DNA of 64,000 nucleotides from Iphione sp. A-MEVVRFRX5 (lineage: Eukaryota), in contig OZ320322.1 of assembly GCA_976226885.1 (NCBI GenBank), positions 48,236,001 through 48,300,000 of the forward strand, read 5' to 3'. Positions 63,858 through 64,000 of the stretch are shown here, one piece after another. A model generated the notes under the pieces. That model made no database searches. It worked only from the letters and a program-made list of their open reading frames with translations, and was not told the origin of the DNA. Each line of letters starts with the position of its first letter. The first letter of the stretch is position 1. The translations under genes were made by a program, and so were the position numbers.

Positions 63858-64000
63858 CTGCAAGATAAAAGACGTTTTCAGGCCTGTGGTGTTTGGACCA
63901 CATGCATTTCGTAACTTAATTCACAGCATAAAGCGAAAAAGTGAAGCAAAAACATGAGTTTATCTACTTCTCTAGGGAAGTCCGTGTATTCAAGCCAAGC

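Overview
Eukaryotic genomic DNA from an invertebrate animal (spliceosomal GT-AG introns, TTAGGG-type repeat, tRNA-derived SINE, DIRS and RTE retroelements; the taxon cannot be fixed from sequence alone). I reconstructed three intron-containing genes by hand. (1) DNAJB11/ERdj3, minus strand, 10 coding exons, 33134->24358, complete at 357 aa. (2) MCRS1/MSP58, plus strand, 11 coding exons, 34444->42451, head-to-head with DNAJB11; its extreme N-terminus is uncertain. (3) The 3' part of a SPATS2/SPATS2L orthologue, minus strand, 7 exons, 63857->59368, tail-to-tail with MCRS1 as in human 12q13. Between MCRS1 and SPATS2 lie an apparently full-length RTE-clade LINE (uninterrupted 1083-codon ORF with no in-frame AUG before the endonuclease), two MITEs and a two-tier compound satellite. 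The left 24 kb has no gene I can name: a CpG-rich, promoter-like block (~2-5 kb), a SINE, decayed LINE and DIRS remnants, a degenerate minisatellite and a telomere-like run inside an inverted repeat. I found no CRISPR array, rRNA or true tRNA. I saw no clearly new biological system. The best leads are the MCRS1-SPATS2 microsynteny, the translation start and 5' UTR of the RTE element, the possibly interlocked DNAJB11/MCRS1 5' ends, the higher-order satellite and a strong excess of TACATGTA.
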